Below the pieces are notes generated by a model, which searched no databases, was not told the origin of the DNA, and was given only the letters and a program-made list of their open reading frames with translations. A stretch of 64,000 bases of DNA from Scyliorhinus canicula. Taxonomy: Eukaryota. The translations under genes and the position numbers were made by a program. The DNA is taken from contig NC_052151.1 of the NCBI RefSeq assembly GCF_902713615.1, forward strand, positions 215,337,677-215,401,676, given 5' to 3'. Of the stretch, positions 1 through 13,447 are shown piece after piece (positions within the stretch are counted from its first letter, which is position 1; each line of letters opens with the position of its first letter).

Positions 1-3000
1 GTTGTGGCACGGACTGCCGGTCGGCTGGCAGAATGGAAGATGGAGGGCATCCACCAGGCCTCAAGGCATGAAAGAAGGCAAGGCTGGGATCGGCTGCAAA
101 TGCACCCGACCCTATCAGCTTAGATATCCCTGCGCACCGGAACTCAGGTCACGGGATCACAGCGGCCACTCAAGCTCATCCCGCGCCCATTGGCGCCTCA
201 GTGTCGGGTACTGGCACTGTCGTCGCTTTCGCGTGGGTCAGAAAGTGGGGGTGGTGGGGGGATGCGCTTGTCCCAGGCCGGCGCAGAAGACGGCAACATC
301 TCGTACCGGGGATAAAGAGTTGACGGAAGGGGGTGGGGGCTTTGCGAGAATGGAGATTTCTTCAGCAAAGGGCAACCCCCGCAAGTGGCGCCACTCCTTG
401 GATGGGGGGAGAGAAACATGATGACATACCCCACCCCCTGGAACTGAGCAGGTGGCGCCCCGACCCCTGTGCCTCGGCATTTCACTATGCCCCTGGAAGA
501 GATTAGACAAAGTCCATCATCTGTCGCCTTCTGAGCTGTCGCGTTCCGCCTGGTGCCAATTTGCACCCCAGAGGCGTTCATTTTAACAACCCCAGAAGGC
601 TGTGACGGCACCCTGGCATCAGTTCATTCTGTGGTAGTGGCTAAGAGAGCCTGCCCTCTCCATCCATTGGGGCAGCACGGTAGCATGGTGGTTAGCATAA
701 ATGCTTCACAGCTCCAGGGTCCCAGGATCGATTCCCGGTTGGGTCACTGTCTGTGCGGAGTCTGCACGTCCTCCCCATGTGTGCGTGGGTTTCCTCCGGG
801 TGCTCCGGTTTCTTCCCACAGTCCAAAGATGTGCGGGTTAGGTGGATTGGCCATGCTAAATTGCCCGTAGTGTCCGAAAAAGTAAGGTTGGGGGGGGGGG
901 GGGGTTGTTGGGGGGGGGGGGGGTGCGCACGGGGATGACTTTCGATCCATTAGCTGCGTGATGGTGGACTCCCTTGTGGCCGACACCGAGTCGACCGTCA
1001 TCCCCCGAGGGGGACTCGGGGATTTTCTGCGTGCAAACCACGGTCGCCGAAGCCGAGTGCAGCTCTCCCTCGCACAGTGGTCGGACACAGCTGCTCATCC
1101 GGTCTTCCCCCTCCTACGTTAAAGAGGCGAGAGGGGCGGATACTTCTGAGCTGCGCAGGCAGAAATCTCTCCTTGTCGGACTCCTGAGGGAACACAGGAG
1201 CCTGCGCTCCTCTGCTCCTTCTGAGCACTGAATAGGTGAAGGTATAAATTTACTACCGACATGGAGGTGACCGTCCCCACATTTTCAGCCATTGCTCTTG
1301 GGGGTCAGGGAGCCAGTGTCAGGTCGTTTGGTGCACTTGACGGTCCACGAGGGGGCCCCAGGCACTTCACTTTGTGAATGTTTATGCTCCCCAGGCTGGC
1401 GAGCAGCAGACGACTTTCTTCAAACAAGTGTCCACTCATGCTGTTACCATCGCTGCGGGCGGGTGCATTGTCCTGGGCGCGGGGGGATTGTAATTGCACC
1501 CTCGGGACGAAGGACCGCCTTGTTACCCGCTGCAGCTCTCGTGCGGTGGTGAAGTCAAGGAACCTGGCGCGGTCTTTGACTTGATGGACGTCTGGCGCAC
1601 TCTCCATCCAGACTCCAACGTCTTCACTTTGGTCAGGCCCTGGTTTGGAGCGTCGAGAATCGACCACGTCTATATTTCAAGGGCGCACTAGCCCCGTGTC
1701 CCGACGGCAGCAGGTGCCGTGCTCGGACCACCGTCTCTTTTGAGCGGGGCTCGCACTGTGCCACATTCAGTTACGTTCTGCATACTGCCACTTTAACAAC
1801 TGGCTTCTGGAGGACAAGCAGCTCCTGGTCTCGTTTCGTCACTTCTGGATTGCCTGGAAAAGGAAGCGGCGAGGCTTCCCCTCCTTGAGTTGATGGTGGG
1901 ACAGGGGCAAGACTCAAAGTCGTCCCGTATGTCAGGTGTATGGGGGGGGGGGGTGGCACAAAGAGGCGGAAATCCAGGATTGAGGAGTTCGTGAAGGAGG
2001 TGCTCGACCTGGCGTCACATCTCCGTCAGCCCCATGAAAACACGGCCATGCGGCTGGTCTACATAGAGAAGAAGGGCGTGCTGTGGGATCTGCAACATGT
2101 AAGATCCCAGGGCGCGTACATGAGGTCGTGGATCCAGATCCTTACGACCATGGACCACGGCTCCTTGTTCTTCTACTCCCCCGAAAAAGCGCAGGTTCCG
2201 TAACAGCAGCTCCATACACTACTGGCCGACGAAGGGTCCCTCGCCTCGGATCTGGAGGAGGTTCGGGTCCAAATCCTCAGCTTCTGCTTCTCTTCTCTTC
2301 TCTTCTCTCCGGATACATCCAGCGAGAATACGTGCAGAATTTTCTGGGAGGACCTGTCGCAGTTCGGCCCGAACGGCGCAGGTAGGCTTGATACCCATTT
2401 AACCCTGGGGGAGCTGACCGGCGCCCTCAACAGCCTGTCCAGGGGAAAAACACCAGGGCTGGACAGGCTGACCGTAGAGTTCTTCAGGGCATTCTGGCAC
2501 GTTCTGGGGAGCGACTATGCGGGGGTCCTGGGGGAAAGAATCGCAACCGGGGAGATGCACCTCTCATGTTGCAGAACCGGCATTTCCCTACTGCCAAAGC
2601 CGGGGAATCTCCGCCACCTTAAAAACTGGCACCTGGTCACCCTCCTCAGCATGGATTACAAGGTTTTCGTCAATGGAATGTTTTTGTTCCTGGGCACCGT
2701 GCTGGACCACATGATCCACCCTTACCAGTCCTACACGATCTCGCGCTGCACAACCCATGACAATATTCATCTGGTCTGGAATCTGGTCCATCATTCCTAG
2801 AGGGTTGGTATGTCAAGTGCCTTCCTGTCTCTTGATCAGTAGAAGGCGTTCGAAAGGGTGGATCACGAATATTTATTCGGGAGTCTGGAAGCATGTGGGA
2901 TCGGAGAGCAATTTGTCACACGGATACGCCTTCTGTACAATACCACAGAATGTCTTGTTAATGTTAATGGATCCTTGACGGCGCCCCTTCGCTTTGAGAG

Positions 3001-5045
3001 AGGAATGCATCAGGGCTGCCCTTTGTCTGACCAACTTTCTTCTATTTGCGTGGACCCTTTCCTGTGCTTCGTGCCTAGGAGGCTGACGGGACTGCTTCTG
3101 CGTAGGCCAGGCATTGGTGTGGTCCTTGCGGCTTACGCTGATGATGTTCTGCTCATGTTCACTGACCCTGCTGACCTGCAGAGGATGCAACAGTGTCAGG
3201 CTGTGTATTTTGACGTGTCTTCTGCCAGGATCAACTGGACAAAATGTTCTGAACTCCTGGTCGGTCCGTGGCAGATGGAAGCCCTCCCAGAGGAACTCAG
3301 GCCTTTCACCTAGAGCAGGACCAGCCTCCTCTACTTGTGAGTCCATCTTTGCCCGGCTGAGGAATCCAGGCCGGCTAACTGGCAGGAGCTGGAGACCAAC
3401 GTCACCATTCGTTTGAGACGCTGGACAGGACTGTTCCGATTGCTGTCTTACAGGGGTCGAAATTTCCTCATAAACCAGCTGATAACCTCGTTGTTGTGGT
3501 ACCGGCTGGTCATTTTGACCTCTCCCTCTGACTTTTTCCAAAAAGATCCAGGGAATGCCTGACGAATTCTTCTGGGACACCAGACTGCACTGAGTCGCTG
3601 CTGAGGTTCTGAGTCTCCCGCTTTGTTAGGGCGGCCAGGCGCTGATGTGCCATCGGACTCAGGTGGCGACCTTCCGCCTTCAGACCCAGCAATGAAACCT
3701 TTACGTTGAGCCCCCTCCTTGATGGTGTGCCATGGCGATGTATTCCTTCTGAGAGGTGCACGGTCTGAATTCTGACTTGCTGCTCCTTTCCATAGAACTG
3801 CAGGGTCTTCGTTTACTCTGCAGCCGCTGCCCGTCTTTTACCGGGACCTGCTCAAAGTCTGGAACATGGTCGCCTCGCACCGCATCCTCCCCCGTCAGGA
3901 GTCGTGACTGCCGTCAGGGAGCCGCTGCTCAGGAATCCGCACCTCCACCAATACCATTTTGAGTGGCTGGCGGAGGAGCCAGCTGTGGCTGCCAGGCTGA
4001 TCAGGATTGGGGACGTTCTGGGTGGCGGAGGATTGGGCTGGGTAACACCCCATGAGTTAGCACATAGTGCAGCGGTCAACGTCCGAATCGCACGCCAATA
4101 CCATCCGAGGCCGCAAGACGACTGTGCTCGGACCCGATGGTACTCGTGGTTTGGAGGACACGCAGGTTTGTGTTCGTATTCGGTCTTGCGAATCCCTGCC
4201 CGGACAGAATTCCCCATTGGTTCCATGCCCCGAAACCCCCCTCGTGGGATGGTGCCCTCGGACCCTTGCCGCCTCGTGTAAATAATCTTCGTGTCTTTTT
4301 GCACTGCACGGAGGGGTATCCTGTACGGCTGCTGCTGTACACGCTTCACCTCCGTACCCTCACCCGTTATCCGGGCACGCCATGGCGTGCCTTGTTGCCG
4401 GCGGCGGCTGAGATCTTCACTAGATGTCCCTCTATGGTGACGTTTTTCCCCTCAATCGTGGGGAGTAGTGCCCTACAATCACATATTTCACCGATTCACG
4501 GACACCCAAGAAGCCTGCTGTTTTTGCGCTCTAGTTGTCTCAGTGGACCATGTCCATGTGACATGTTTTAGTCTGCACACCCTTTTATCCTTTGCTAACC
4601 AATGGACAGCTGCAGTTTTGTTTGCACTTCAGCCCCAGGCTCCTAATCTACGGGCACCCGGTGCAGAGAGCGGCAGGGAAGGCGGAGGACCTCCTTGTGA
4701 AGCTGTCCCTGGGCCAGGTGAAGTGCGCCACTTCTAGGTCCAGGCAGTGGGCAACGAATTTGTCGTCTGGCCAGACTGTCCGCCCTCTGCTACTTTCGCT
4801 ATCGGGAGTCTCTGGAAAGCGAATATGCCGTGTCCACGGGCACCATCGAGACCTTCAATGCTCGGTGGGCACCGCAGGAGTTGGGGTCCTTTATTGACCC
4901 CTTTATCTGCACTCTTATTTGATGTTTTATAAGTTTCCGTTGATCTTTGTTGTGTTCGGGCAGTCCCGCTGGGGAACCGGAGTGGCCCTTTTTGTCCCTC
5001 AGTTTGTTTTCCTTTCTTCTGTTTTGCTGATGGACAATAAAAAGA
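1..5045 (+). mobile_element. Degraded Tx1-clade non-LTR retrotransposon (ORF1 tail, ORF2 endonuclease-RT, 3' UTR)
   Basis: Frameshifted ORF2 motifs: LHFVNVYAP (~1360), LPKPGNLRHLKNWHLVTLLSMDYK, GMHQGCPLS, AYADDVLL. T-rich 3' UTR ends in AATAAAAAGA at ~5045. Confidence 0.85.
669..923 (+). mobile_element. HE1-like tRNA-derived V-SINE inserted in the Tx1 element
   Basis: A box TAGCATGGTGG, B box GGATCGATTCC, V-domain GGGTTTCCTCCGGGTGCTCCGGTTTC...CCACAGTCCAAAGATGTGC; ends in G-runs. Confidence 0.9.
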
Positions 5046-5213
5046 ATGGCCAACCCTCCGAGCCTGCACATCTTTGGGTTGTGAGGGACGAAACCACTCA
5101 AACACGGGGAGATTGTGCAAACTCCACATGTAAAGTGACCCAGAGCCGCGATTATACCTGGGACCTCGGCGCTCTGAGACAACATTGCTAACCACTGCAC
5201 CACCGTGCTCCCT
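5046..5213 (-). mobile_element. V-SINE, 5' half, abutting the Tx1 3' end
   Basis: Reverse-complement SINE head (GCTAACCACTGCACCACCGTGCTCCC) and V-domain, cut off at ATGGCCAACCC. Confidence 0.8.
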
Positions 5214-5529
5214 TATTCTTTTAAACAGTTTCACCGTTATTAAGTGCAGCAGACATTTCTTGGTGGACTCTGCATCGTCTCTGATAAGTGACTCTCGAAA
5301 GCAGGCACTGTCTTTACGCCCATCCCGATCACGATTGCCTTGTCACTATTGATTATGAGACGCTGTATACTTGTTAAATTCGATCAAGACAGTCCACATA
5401 GCCAGACCTCTCGGCCAATGATACTGTGACGATAAACGATCAGGATACGGCAGATTCTTTCTCTGCTTAGATTAATGAGGTCTATAGTTTTACAGCGAGA
5501 TATGTTGGCTTATCGTATCTTCCCTTCCA

Positions 5530-6350
5530 CCAAGCATCCATCCACTCCGACAATTTTCCAGCATATGGTCCCTCGCCATCTTTGCTTTGGCATTTCACAT
5601 GTTCATCTAAATGCGTTTTGAGTATCGTGAGGGTCCCGGCCTCTCTCACTCTATCAGGGTGTGAGTTTCAGATTCCCATTACTGTCTGAATAAAGACGGT
5701 GTCCCTCAGATCCCCTCTAAATATCCTTCCCCTGCCATTACATATTTGATCCCTCTCTAAGCACCATATCAATGCCCTTCAATGTGTGCACCTCGTTCCG
5801 GGGCCCCATTAGACTGGTCTTCTCCCACGAAAATACTTGAGCCTAATTATCTCCTCTTCATAGCAGACAGTACCGTTTCAGACAACATCATGCACATTTT
5901 CCTTCCACTGTCTCCAGTGCAATTCCAACCTTCTTAAATCACCTGATTAAAGTCCAACAGGGTTGTTTGGAATCACTAGCTTTGGCTCCCACGAGTCACG
6001 AACCTGGTGAAGGCGCTGCGCTCCAAAAGCTAATGATTCCAAGCTATCCTGTTAGACTTTTGCCTGGTGTTGTAAGACGTATTACTGTACTCACACCAGT
6101 CGAACGCCGGAATCTCCATCTCATCCTTCCTAAAGCATTGCGACCAGAACTGTACAAAGCAGTATAGATGTAACCTGACGAGACATTTATACAGCACCGT
6201 CATAAACTCGCTGCCATTGCAATATATTCCTCGGCAGATAAAGAAATGTATTCGAAAAGCCGTCTTCGCCATCTTATGTTCTTCACTTTCTGCCTTCAGG
6301 TCTCTAGGGACATGCACCACGAAGTCCTTCTGGTCATCTGTACTTCGGTG
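5530..6350 (-). mobile_element. Highly degraded CR1 LINE 3' fragment
   Basis: Minus ORF 6030-6356 contains LYKCLVRLHLYCFVQFWSQCFRKD, the CR1 ORF2 C-terminal motif. Confidence 0.65.
5941..6120. repeat. Penelope-like terminal repeat in inverted (hairpin) arrangement
   Basis: AAAGTCCAACAGG...TTGGAATCACTAGCTTT (5949-5983) is inverted relative to AAAGCTAATGATTCCAA...CCTGTTAGACTTT (6026-6060). The same sequence family ends the Penelope element at 13448. Confidence 0.7.
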
Positions 6351-6954
6351 ATACATGCAGTTCTTCGCATGTGATTCTGCTCAGCGTCGAGTTTATGCTA
6401 CCTGAATTGTTTCGCTTCGAATGTCTTGCATTTTATGGTGCTTTAGTTGCATTTCCCTCGCTATCATGGGCTAATGTCCAACTGAGAAATGCACCTTTAA
6501 TTAGGAGCCAAGCTGCAAATTCTTCATTTTCTCCTGTTGTAGAAATCAATCTGTTTTTATTTTTCATCCATCGAGCCAATCTTGGCGTTTGGTTCTCCAT
6601 GATCATTACTGATCATCTGTAATTCTAAGAAAGCTGATTTCGGAATTGGCATTTGAACATCTTTGCTTCTTTCATTCTGAATGCAGCCGGACCTCAATTT
6701 ACAGCCTACTTAGTTTGCAGCAGCCTTCAGATACCACTTTCTTCATGTGTGGCTTGGATGGAAGTCCAGTTCATGATAGGTCTGCTGAATGTGTATATCC
6801 TCGAAACATGATGTTGCTTATGACTGTAATGTTGCAATTATATTGAGATAACTCCTACACAAATAGAATAATTCGACGCAGCGGACACAAGACGTTGTCC
6901 TTATCGACTGCAGGTATTATGCTCCAAGAAGCAACGAGAGCTTAAAGCCGTTTT

Positions 6955-7260
6955 TCTTTTTTACGTTCATGGACAAAGGCGTCGCTGGTTGTGACACAAT
7001 CTATCCCTGAGGACAATTAATCGTGAATCACATTGCAGTAGACCTGGAGTCATACGAATGCCAGATCACGTCAAATCTCCTTCCTTAAAGAATATTACTA
7101 AAACAGATGAATTTTTGCGACCAACACTGGTTTCATGATTACTATTAGACTTTTAATTTCCAACTCTATTGAATTCAAATTTCACCATCTTGCGTGTGAT
7201 GGATTCGGACTTGGGTCCCGAGAGCACGATCTGGGGTCTCTGGATTAGTCGTCCATCGAT
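6955..7260 (-). mobile_element. Degraded second SINE family (other copies ~23120-23370 -, ~42775-42950 +, ~58040-58205 +)
   Basis: Copies share a degenerate CTGGTTCACTAATGTCCTTTAGGGAAGGAAATCTG-like core; the 3' tail resembles the end of the LINE at 17780. Confidence 0.55.
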
Positions 7261-7844
7261 TTGCCTTTCGCAATATGCTTCAAGAGAGTTGTGAATAGGA
7301 CAAGGATAGCAGTTCGATATATAACGAGACAAGTGTGAAAGGATTTTATTAGAGACCAGCGGTAAATTTTCGTGGAAATCAAGACACTCAACATTTATTC
7401 AAAAAAACTGCAGTTGCGATGTTTGTGGTTGAAAGCAAAGTAATTTATTGAACAATGATAAAAATACATTAATCACATTCAACCGTACCTATTCAGTTAT
7501 GTTAAAGATAATGGAGGTGTTACCATCACGTTTCTACTATTTATTTAAAAAATGTTTACTGCAATTTTATGTTGAACCCATTTGAATTGCACCAATCCAC
7601 CCATTAATCTCAAGACATTGAGTAATCAGAAATTGTGAGCTTAAGCATTTGCACAAACACGGATTCAAAAATCCATGTCGCCATTTGGATTTTGTTCGCT
7701 TTCTATTTGCTCTCTCAAGGTTCCGCTTCAAGTCTCCACACATCTAGTTTTGGAGATTCTCGACACACCACAGACTTTTTGCATGCGCCTGAAGTCTGGT
7801 CTGGTATGAATTGCGCAACCCTGTGAAAGAGCAGTCAATTCCTA

Positions 7845-8050
7845 TTTTATTTTGTATTCCCAAGTAAGGAACAATTATGTGTGGCCAATCTATCTACCCT
7901 GCACATTTTTGTGTTGTGTGGGTGAGACCCACGTAGACACGGGGAGAATGTGTAAACTTCACATGGACAGTGACACGGAGCCGGGATCGAAACAGGGTCC
8001 TCAGCGCCGTCAGGCAGCAGTACTAACAGCTAAACTACCGTGCTCCCCTT
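7845..8050 (-). mobile_element. V-SINE with A-rich tail
   Basis: GGCCAATCTATCTACCCTGCACA...GACAGTGAC...GGGATCGAA...ACCGTGCTCCCC. Confidence 0.8.
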
Positions 8051-9481
8051 GAACAGTCAAATGCAATCCCAAGTTCTCCGGAGTTACAGGAAAAGTGATT
8101 TAACCAATAATACTAAAAATAACCGATCACTTTGGCCATTGCAACTCCATTTCTCTTTTCTGCATTGCTATTTATTATTCTTGTTCATTTCGCCACAGCT
8201 CCATTCCTGCTTATTCTTCTTTTTGCCTCCGCTCCAAATTCCAATGCGTTATCTCCCTTTACTTTCCCCATTCCTTATGTCAGCTCCCCTCCCTTAAGCT
8301 GCCTCTGCATTTATATTGCTTCAAATTGACTTTCACGTTTTAACTGCAACCAACCTCTCCCCACAAGAATGTAATCGATGCTACAATCCTGGAATATCTT
8401 TCAAATTTAAATATTGAGCAATGGATGCAACTATATCCACCATCCTAGCTCCATATCATTCCTACATTACTAATTCACCAAGTACTTCCATTGGCGTGTA
8501 CTTTTGAATCTAAGTTAAATAAAACAGGGATAGGCCATCCACCTGACGACAACGCTCAGGAACCTCCACAGCCATCCGGTTATATAACTGCAAAGATTTT
8601 GTCACTTTTTAATTCATACTGCAACACAAACTTCGCCATTTACTGCCCGACTGATCTCGACCCGTCCCTACAGAAATGATATCACGACACCCTGGATTAA
8701 CGTCCGGTCAACTCCAGCCCCAGGTTCTACAGAGTCGCAACACAAATCAATGAACCAATAATTGTTATAAATCTACGCAAAAGCTTTGGCCGTTGGCTGC
8801 CAATATTCAAAGTCACCAGAATTGAAAACTTAAACAGTATTTAAAATATCTATAATGTAATATGTCGTAAAGACAACTGTTTAACTGTCACCACTACTTT
8901 ACTGAGCGGGACATTTACCAACATCAACGAAAATGCATTATGGTAAACAAGGACTATGGCTAACAATAGGTCATGAAGCTTGATAGTGAAGGTGCCAACA
9001 GACTTGGCTGTGTGAAAGTAACTGCTTCTCAGCAGAATTATTTTCATGCGAACGATATGAACAGCTTCAGCAGTTGAAACTTTCACTGATAACACCTTTG
9101 CTACGTAACATCGAAAATAAGACTATATCTCGCTTATTTTATGAATAGGGGCTTGCTGCGCTTCTGAGGCGTTTGCATGAATGAAACATAAACTAAGAAC
9201 TGAAACATTATAAAATGAAGCATCATCAAGATGCATCAGCGGTTACCACGAGAACAACTTTTGTAAGACAACATCCATTCTGAGAATGAACGCTTACAAT
9301 GCAGACCTCCAGAGAAAACCTGGCCAAGGTCACACTGGGCAGATCGTTATTTCTTCAAGCCTTGAGTACTGAAACATATAACTACTTAAATATAGCTATA
9401 AACTTGTATTAATTCAATTGACAGGGAGTATTCAATGTCGCCATAATTCGTCAGTCGATGCGAGCAGAGGCATCAACATTC

Positions 9482-9499
9482 TGGCACCCCATATGGGAA
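9482..9499 (+). promoter_or_regulatory. Primer-binding site, tRNA-Arg(CCT)-like
   Basis: TGGCACCCCATATGGGAA lies 3 nt after the LTR-terminal CA; 16/18 match to the recalled TGGCACCCCAGATGGGAC. Confidence 0.7.
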
Positions 9500-9949
9500 G
9501 ATGGAACTTCGTGGTCAGTTGGTGATCTTGTTCAGAGGTCGACATCTCAATCACCCATCCTGCACCGGAATTAAGAGGCATGCAGCCCCACCCGACGGCC
9601 AGGATTAGGTGCGTGAAGGCAGCAGTTTAAAAGGAGCTGGGTAGCCGATTGGTTCTGAGGGCGTTGTCGAACTACGGCCTTGCAGTCAAAATTGTCAGAG
9701 TAAAATTAAGAGTGACTAACGGTTATTACCAAAAGTAACATCCAATAGCCAGCCTTCAGCGGTGTACAGGAAACCTCGAGTTTAGACGTGGGTAGACAGA
9801 ACGAGAGGGGAGTGAAAAATGTATCTGGGAAGGAGTATCAAGGAGATACATTCTATTCTCTCCGTCTCCAAGGAGATCGCCAAAAATGGTCAATTACGTT
9901 GTTGATTAACTGAATTCGTTGAAATGACTAAGTCTCGGTCATTCACGGG

Positions 9950-10410
9950 GTGATTCAAAGGGATGTTGCCTCGGATGGAACATTTATGTTGTGGAAAGAG
10001 GTTGGATTGGCTTGGTTTGTTTTCGCTGGAGCAGAGAAAGCTGATCGAGTTGAAGATGATTATGAGGAGCATGGACACGGTGGATGGTGATCAGCTATTC
10101 CCCTCAGTTGAGGTTTAAGTTACAAGTGGACACAAGTCGCGCTAAGGGTCAGGATGGAGAGGGAAGAACAATCTATTTACCCAGAGAGTGGCGATGGTCT
10201 GGAATGCTCTGTCAGGAATGGTGGCAGAGGTCATTTGCCTCATATCCTTTAAAAATCTACCTGGATGTATACATGGCATATCTTAATAGTCACGTCTGTG
10301 CGACAAGTGCTGCCATATGCGATTGGTAGTCAGATCAGATGTCATTGATGTGTCGGTGCAGAATAGATGGGCTGAAGGGCCAATTTTGCATTGTATCCTT
10401 CTGTGATCCT
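9950..10410 (+). mobile_element. CR1 3' fragment nested in the proviral gag region
   Basis: GGATGTTGCCTCGGATGG...TTTTCGCTGGAGCAGAGAAAGCTGA...GATGGGCTGAAGGGCC CR1 tail. Confidence 0.7.
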
Positions 10411-10419
10411 GTGATGAGT

Positions 10420-10800
10420 CCGTAAATGGAGATTTCTTCACTGTTTAGATTCAGACGAGGAAATTAAACTCTTATTGATACATTTCCATTCGCCTGTTTT
10501 TTCTGACTTACCACATCCTAGGGCAACACTCGAGGACGTTAAACGGTCATAGTAATGGCTGTGGGATACAGTCGAGAGGAAACTGTAGACAGCCTGAATC
10601 ACTGCAGGCTAAGGAAATGTGAACATCACACGTCCTTTGCTAACCGCCTGTGGACACTAATGCTCCAGGTTGTGACACCAGTTGCGAGAATCAGAACACG
10701 TACATTTCTCGCAGACAATCACAGTTACGAAGCGGAACAGCATGAATGTCAGATTTTGACAGTGAATTGTCCCAAGCAACAGTTGGTGCTAAAACAACGA
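10420..10800 (+). pseudogene. gag (capsid-region) remnant of the provirus
   Basis: AVGYSREETVDSLNHCRLRKCEHHTSFANRLW resembles the MHR-like Q..E....F..RL motif; sits between PBS and integrase. Confidence 0.5.
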
Positions 10801-10899
10801 ACAGGCCAAGGAGGTTCGGACCGCCACCGACCACACCATGATAAATGTTGTATGGGCACAGAAGGTCGATGGTAATTTCAGTCTCCTTAAAAAATATAA

Positions 10900-12320
10900 A
10901 GCGAACATAGAGACAGGGGACCGTCGTGACCTTGTGGAGGAGAGTTATGTGGTGCCGAACCGAGACTGAAACTGGCTAATCTATCCATATGACGATCTAC
11001 AGGGACACCAAGGTGTGAATGCAATTTCGGAAATAATTAGAAGTTTATGTTGGTGGCCCGCAGAAGATGCCGACTAAGCATTATGTGGACAATTGTCTGG
11101 CATGTGACCAAAATAATCCAGATCATTATGCAAAGAAAGAAGTGATTGGATAGATCAGAGAGTTAAATGGGCTATGGGCTAGTTTACAAATGGACTATGT
11201 AAGTCCCTTGCCACCATGTCAGGAGGCTTTAAAATGCATTTTTGTCATCATCGATAACTTTAGTAAATGGATTCAAGCATTCCCTACGAGGAAAGGAACG
11301 AGAAACGTAGCAGCCAATGTGTTGGTAGAGCAGGTATTACCTGAATGGGTGCTCCCCGGTAGCATTGCATCACACCAAGGAAAATATGTCACCGGTCAGA
11401 TGACGCAGAATGCACTGACCCGACTGAGAATATTGTAGAAATTCCATATAGCCTATCCCCCACCATGAGCGGTATAGTGGAAAGAATTAAAATATATTTT
11501 TAGAACGTGATTCTGAAAACAGTCCATCAATATAAATCTACTTAGAATGCAGTTATGTCCTGTGCCCAAAAGATAGCAAGACACACAGTATTCAATTCAC
11601 CTAGTTTTACGCCCATATCCTGATGACAGGACGCACCATGAGAGGAGTGGAATCCTTGTTTGGGTTGTTAATAATAATAATATTTATTTTTGTCAAAAGT
11701 AGGCTTACATTAACAATGTAATTAAGTTACTGTCACAATCCCCTGGTCGCTATACTCCGGCGCCTGTTCTGGTGCACTGAGGGAGAATTCAGAATATCCA
11801 ATTCCTCTAACAAGCATTTCTTTCGGGACTTGTAGGAAGACACCATAGCACGCGGAGGAAACCTGCACAGACACGGAGATAATGTGCAGATTCTGTACAG
11901 ATAGTGAATCAAGCCGGGAATCAAACCTGGAACCATGGAGCTGTGAAGCAACAATGTTAACCACTCACTGTGCTACCGTGCCACCCATTGGAAATGTCAC
12001 AACCAGAATAGTAGCTTTGTGCTATGAAAGGGCTGTACACCAATTCAGAGATAATACCGAATCCTTGCAGATAGCCGCTGCATTAAGTTTAGAAAGAGAA
12101 GCGGAGCAAAACAAATTTTTATGAGAAGTTCTAGCCTGTCGAGTGTGAGATTGCGAATAAAGTCATGCTCCAAATTCGCCAGTAAGAAAACTGCCCCTAA
12201 ATATAGTGGATCACATTACATAGTAGATAAAACAAGTCTCTCTATGTGCAACATGTTGTACGACACTTGAAAAACTTGGTTGTACCATATAAATTAATTA
12301 AAACTATACAATCCTCCGGG
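10900..12320 (+). pseudogene. Retroviral-type integrase remnant (HHCC zinc finger, DDE core, GPY/F-like tail), split by a SINE
   Basis: GHQGVNA..., WWP, HYVDNCLACDQNNP, LQMDYVSPLPPC, VIIDNFSKWIQAFPT, SHQGKYVTG, FHIAYP, PKYSGSHYIVDK; contains stops and frameshifts. Confidence 0.85.
11670..11988 (-). mobile_element. V-SINE with a third tail type ((TTA)n-terminated)
   Basis: Standard head and V-domain; tail GGGGATTGTGACAGTAACTTAATTACATTGTTAATGTAAGCCTACTTTTGAC...TTATTATTAT on the minus strand. Confidence 0.85.
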
Positions 12321-13447
12321 AAATCACCAGCCCTATGAGTTGCTGTATGTGAATGAGAAAGACGCAGATGAGATTTTTCTCATTCCCTCATAGAAAATGG
12401 AGCGCACGGGCTACCACCACCGAAAGCTGAAAAATAGAAATGGGAAATATGAGAAGATAAATCCGACAAGATCCTAGTGAAGAAGTAATCTTGATCGATT
12501 GGCTATCTAGAGCATTCCTGTAAATAAAAGCAGATGCTACCTTTATCTCAATAATGCATACGGAAACATGGACCTTGAAACGTTCTTGTTGATTGAGTAT
12601 GATTACTCTCAGAACTTGTGGAACATAACATTAACAGAGATAACCAACTATGAAAAATACACCGGTCTGAAAAAGCCACAAATGTGAAAGCATTGAAACT
12701 TTAGCTAAAAGATAATATAATGTGAGAACTGAAACAAGACCTGTATGTGATATTGTCTCAAGGCATACTGCAAATAAAAACACTGATTAATAATGCACAC
12801 CGTGGATTAGTACCTTTAGTTTCAAATGCTGCAAAAATAGCACGCGGAGAATTTTGTCCTACCCTTGTCAAGCGACAATATAAATGATAAAGTAAATTAT
12901 TGTTCGCCCCAAGGAATGGGGATGACGGGAAAGGAGATGAAATGCACAGTGAAGGAACGACTACAGTTAACACTTTAGATTTACAAAATCTGGATGAAAC
13001 ATTTAGCGTTTTAATAGGACATGCTTAAAAATTAAGTTGGAAACAGAAACAATATCGTTTAGCGATGAATAAAGGATTAATTAACAAACTAATCAAGTCG
13101 GTTTGGATATCGTTTAAATACTAAAAAGACATTCAAAAACAATTAATTAGACAACAAAAGAGAATGCTAATGATTCAGACCAAAACCAGAATGAAATTAT
13201 TTGCTGTATTTCTGGAAATTGGCTAAGAGAGATTTTGAGGGAAAATTTGGTAGAAGTGAATGAGAGAATTAGCTTGAAAGGGAAGCATAAAATGAACTAA
13301 TTTGGCTGGACCCAAATGCAGGCTTGTGTCTGAACAGACATTATGTCTGTTTGGAAAACATTTTTGCAAACCTTAAAGTTAATCTAAGGCCAAGAAAGCA
13401 ATCCATATTGAAGGGAATTATCGTTGGTTGTTCCAAAAAAACAAGGA

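Noticed and set aside
669-745. tRNA genes at SINE heads
   Set aside because: The A/B boxes belong to tRNA-derived SINE heads that continue into the V-domain.
2873-3580. Long antisense ORFs over LINEs (also 15511-16041, 59260-59733)
   Set aside because: Shadow frames of the retroelement coding strands with no independent protein motifs.
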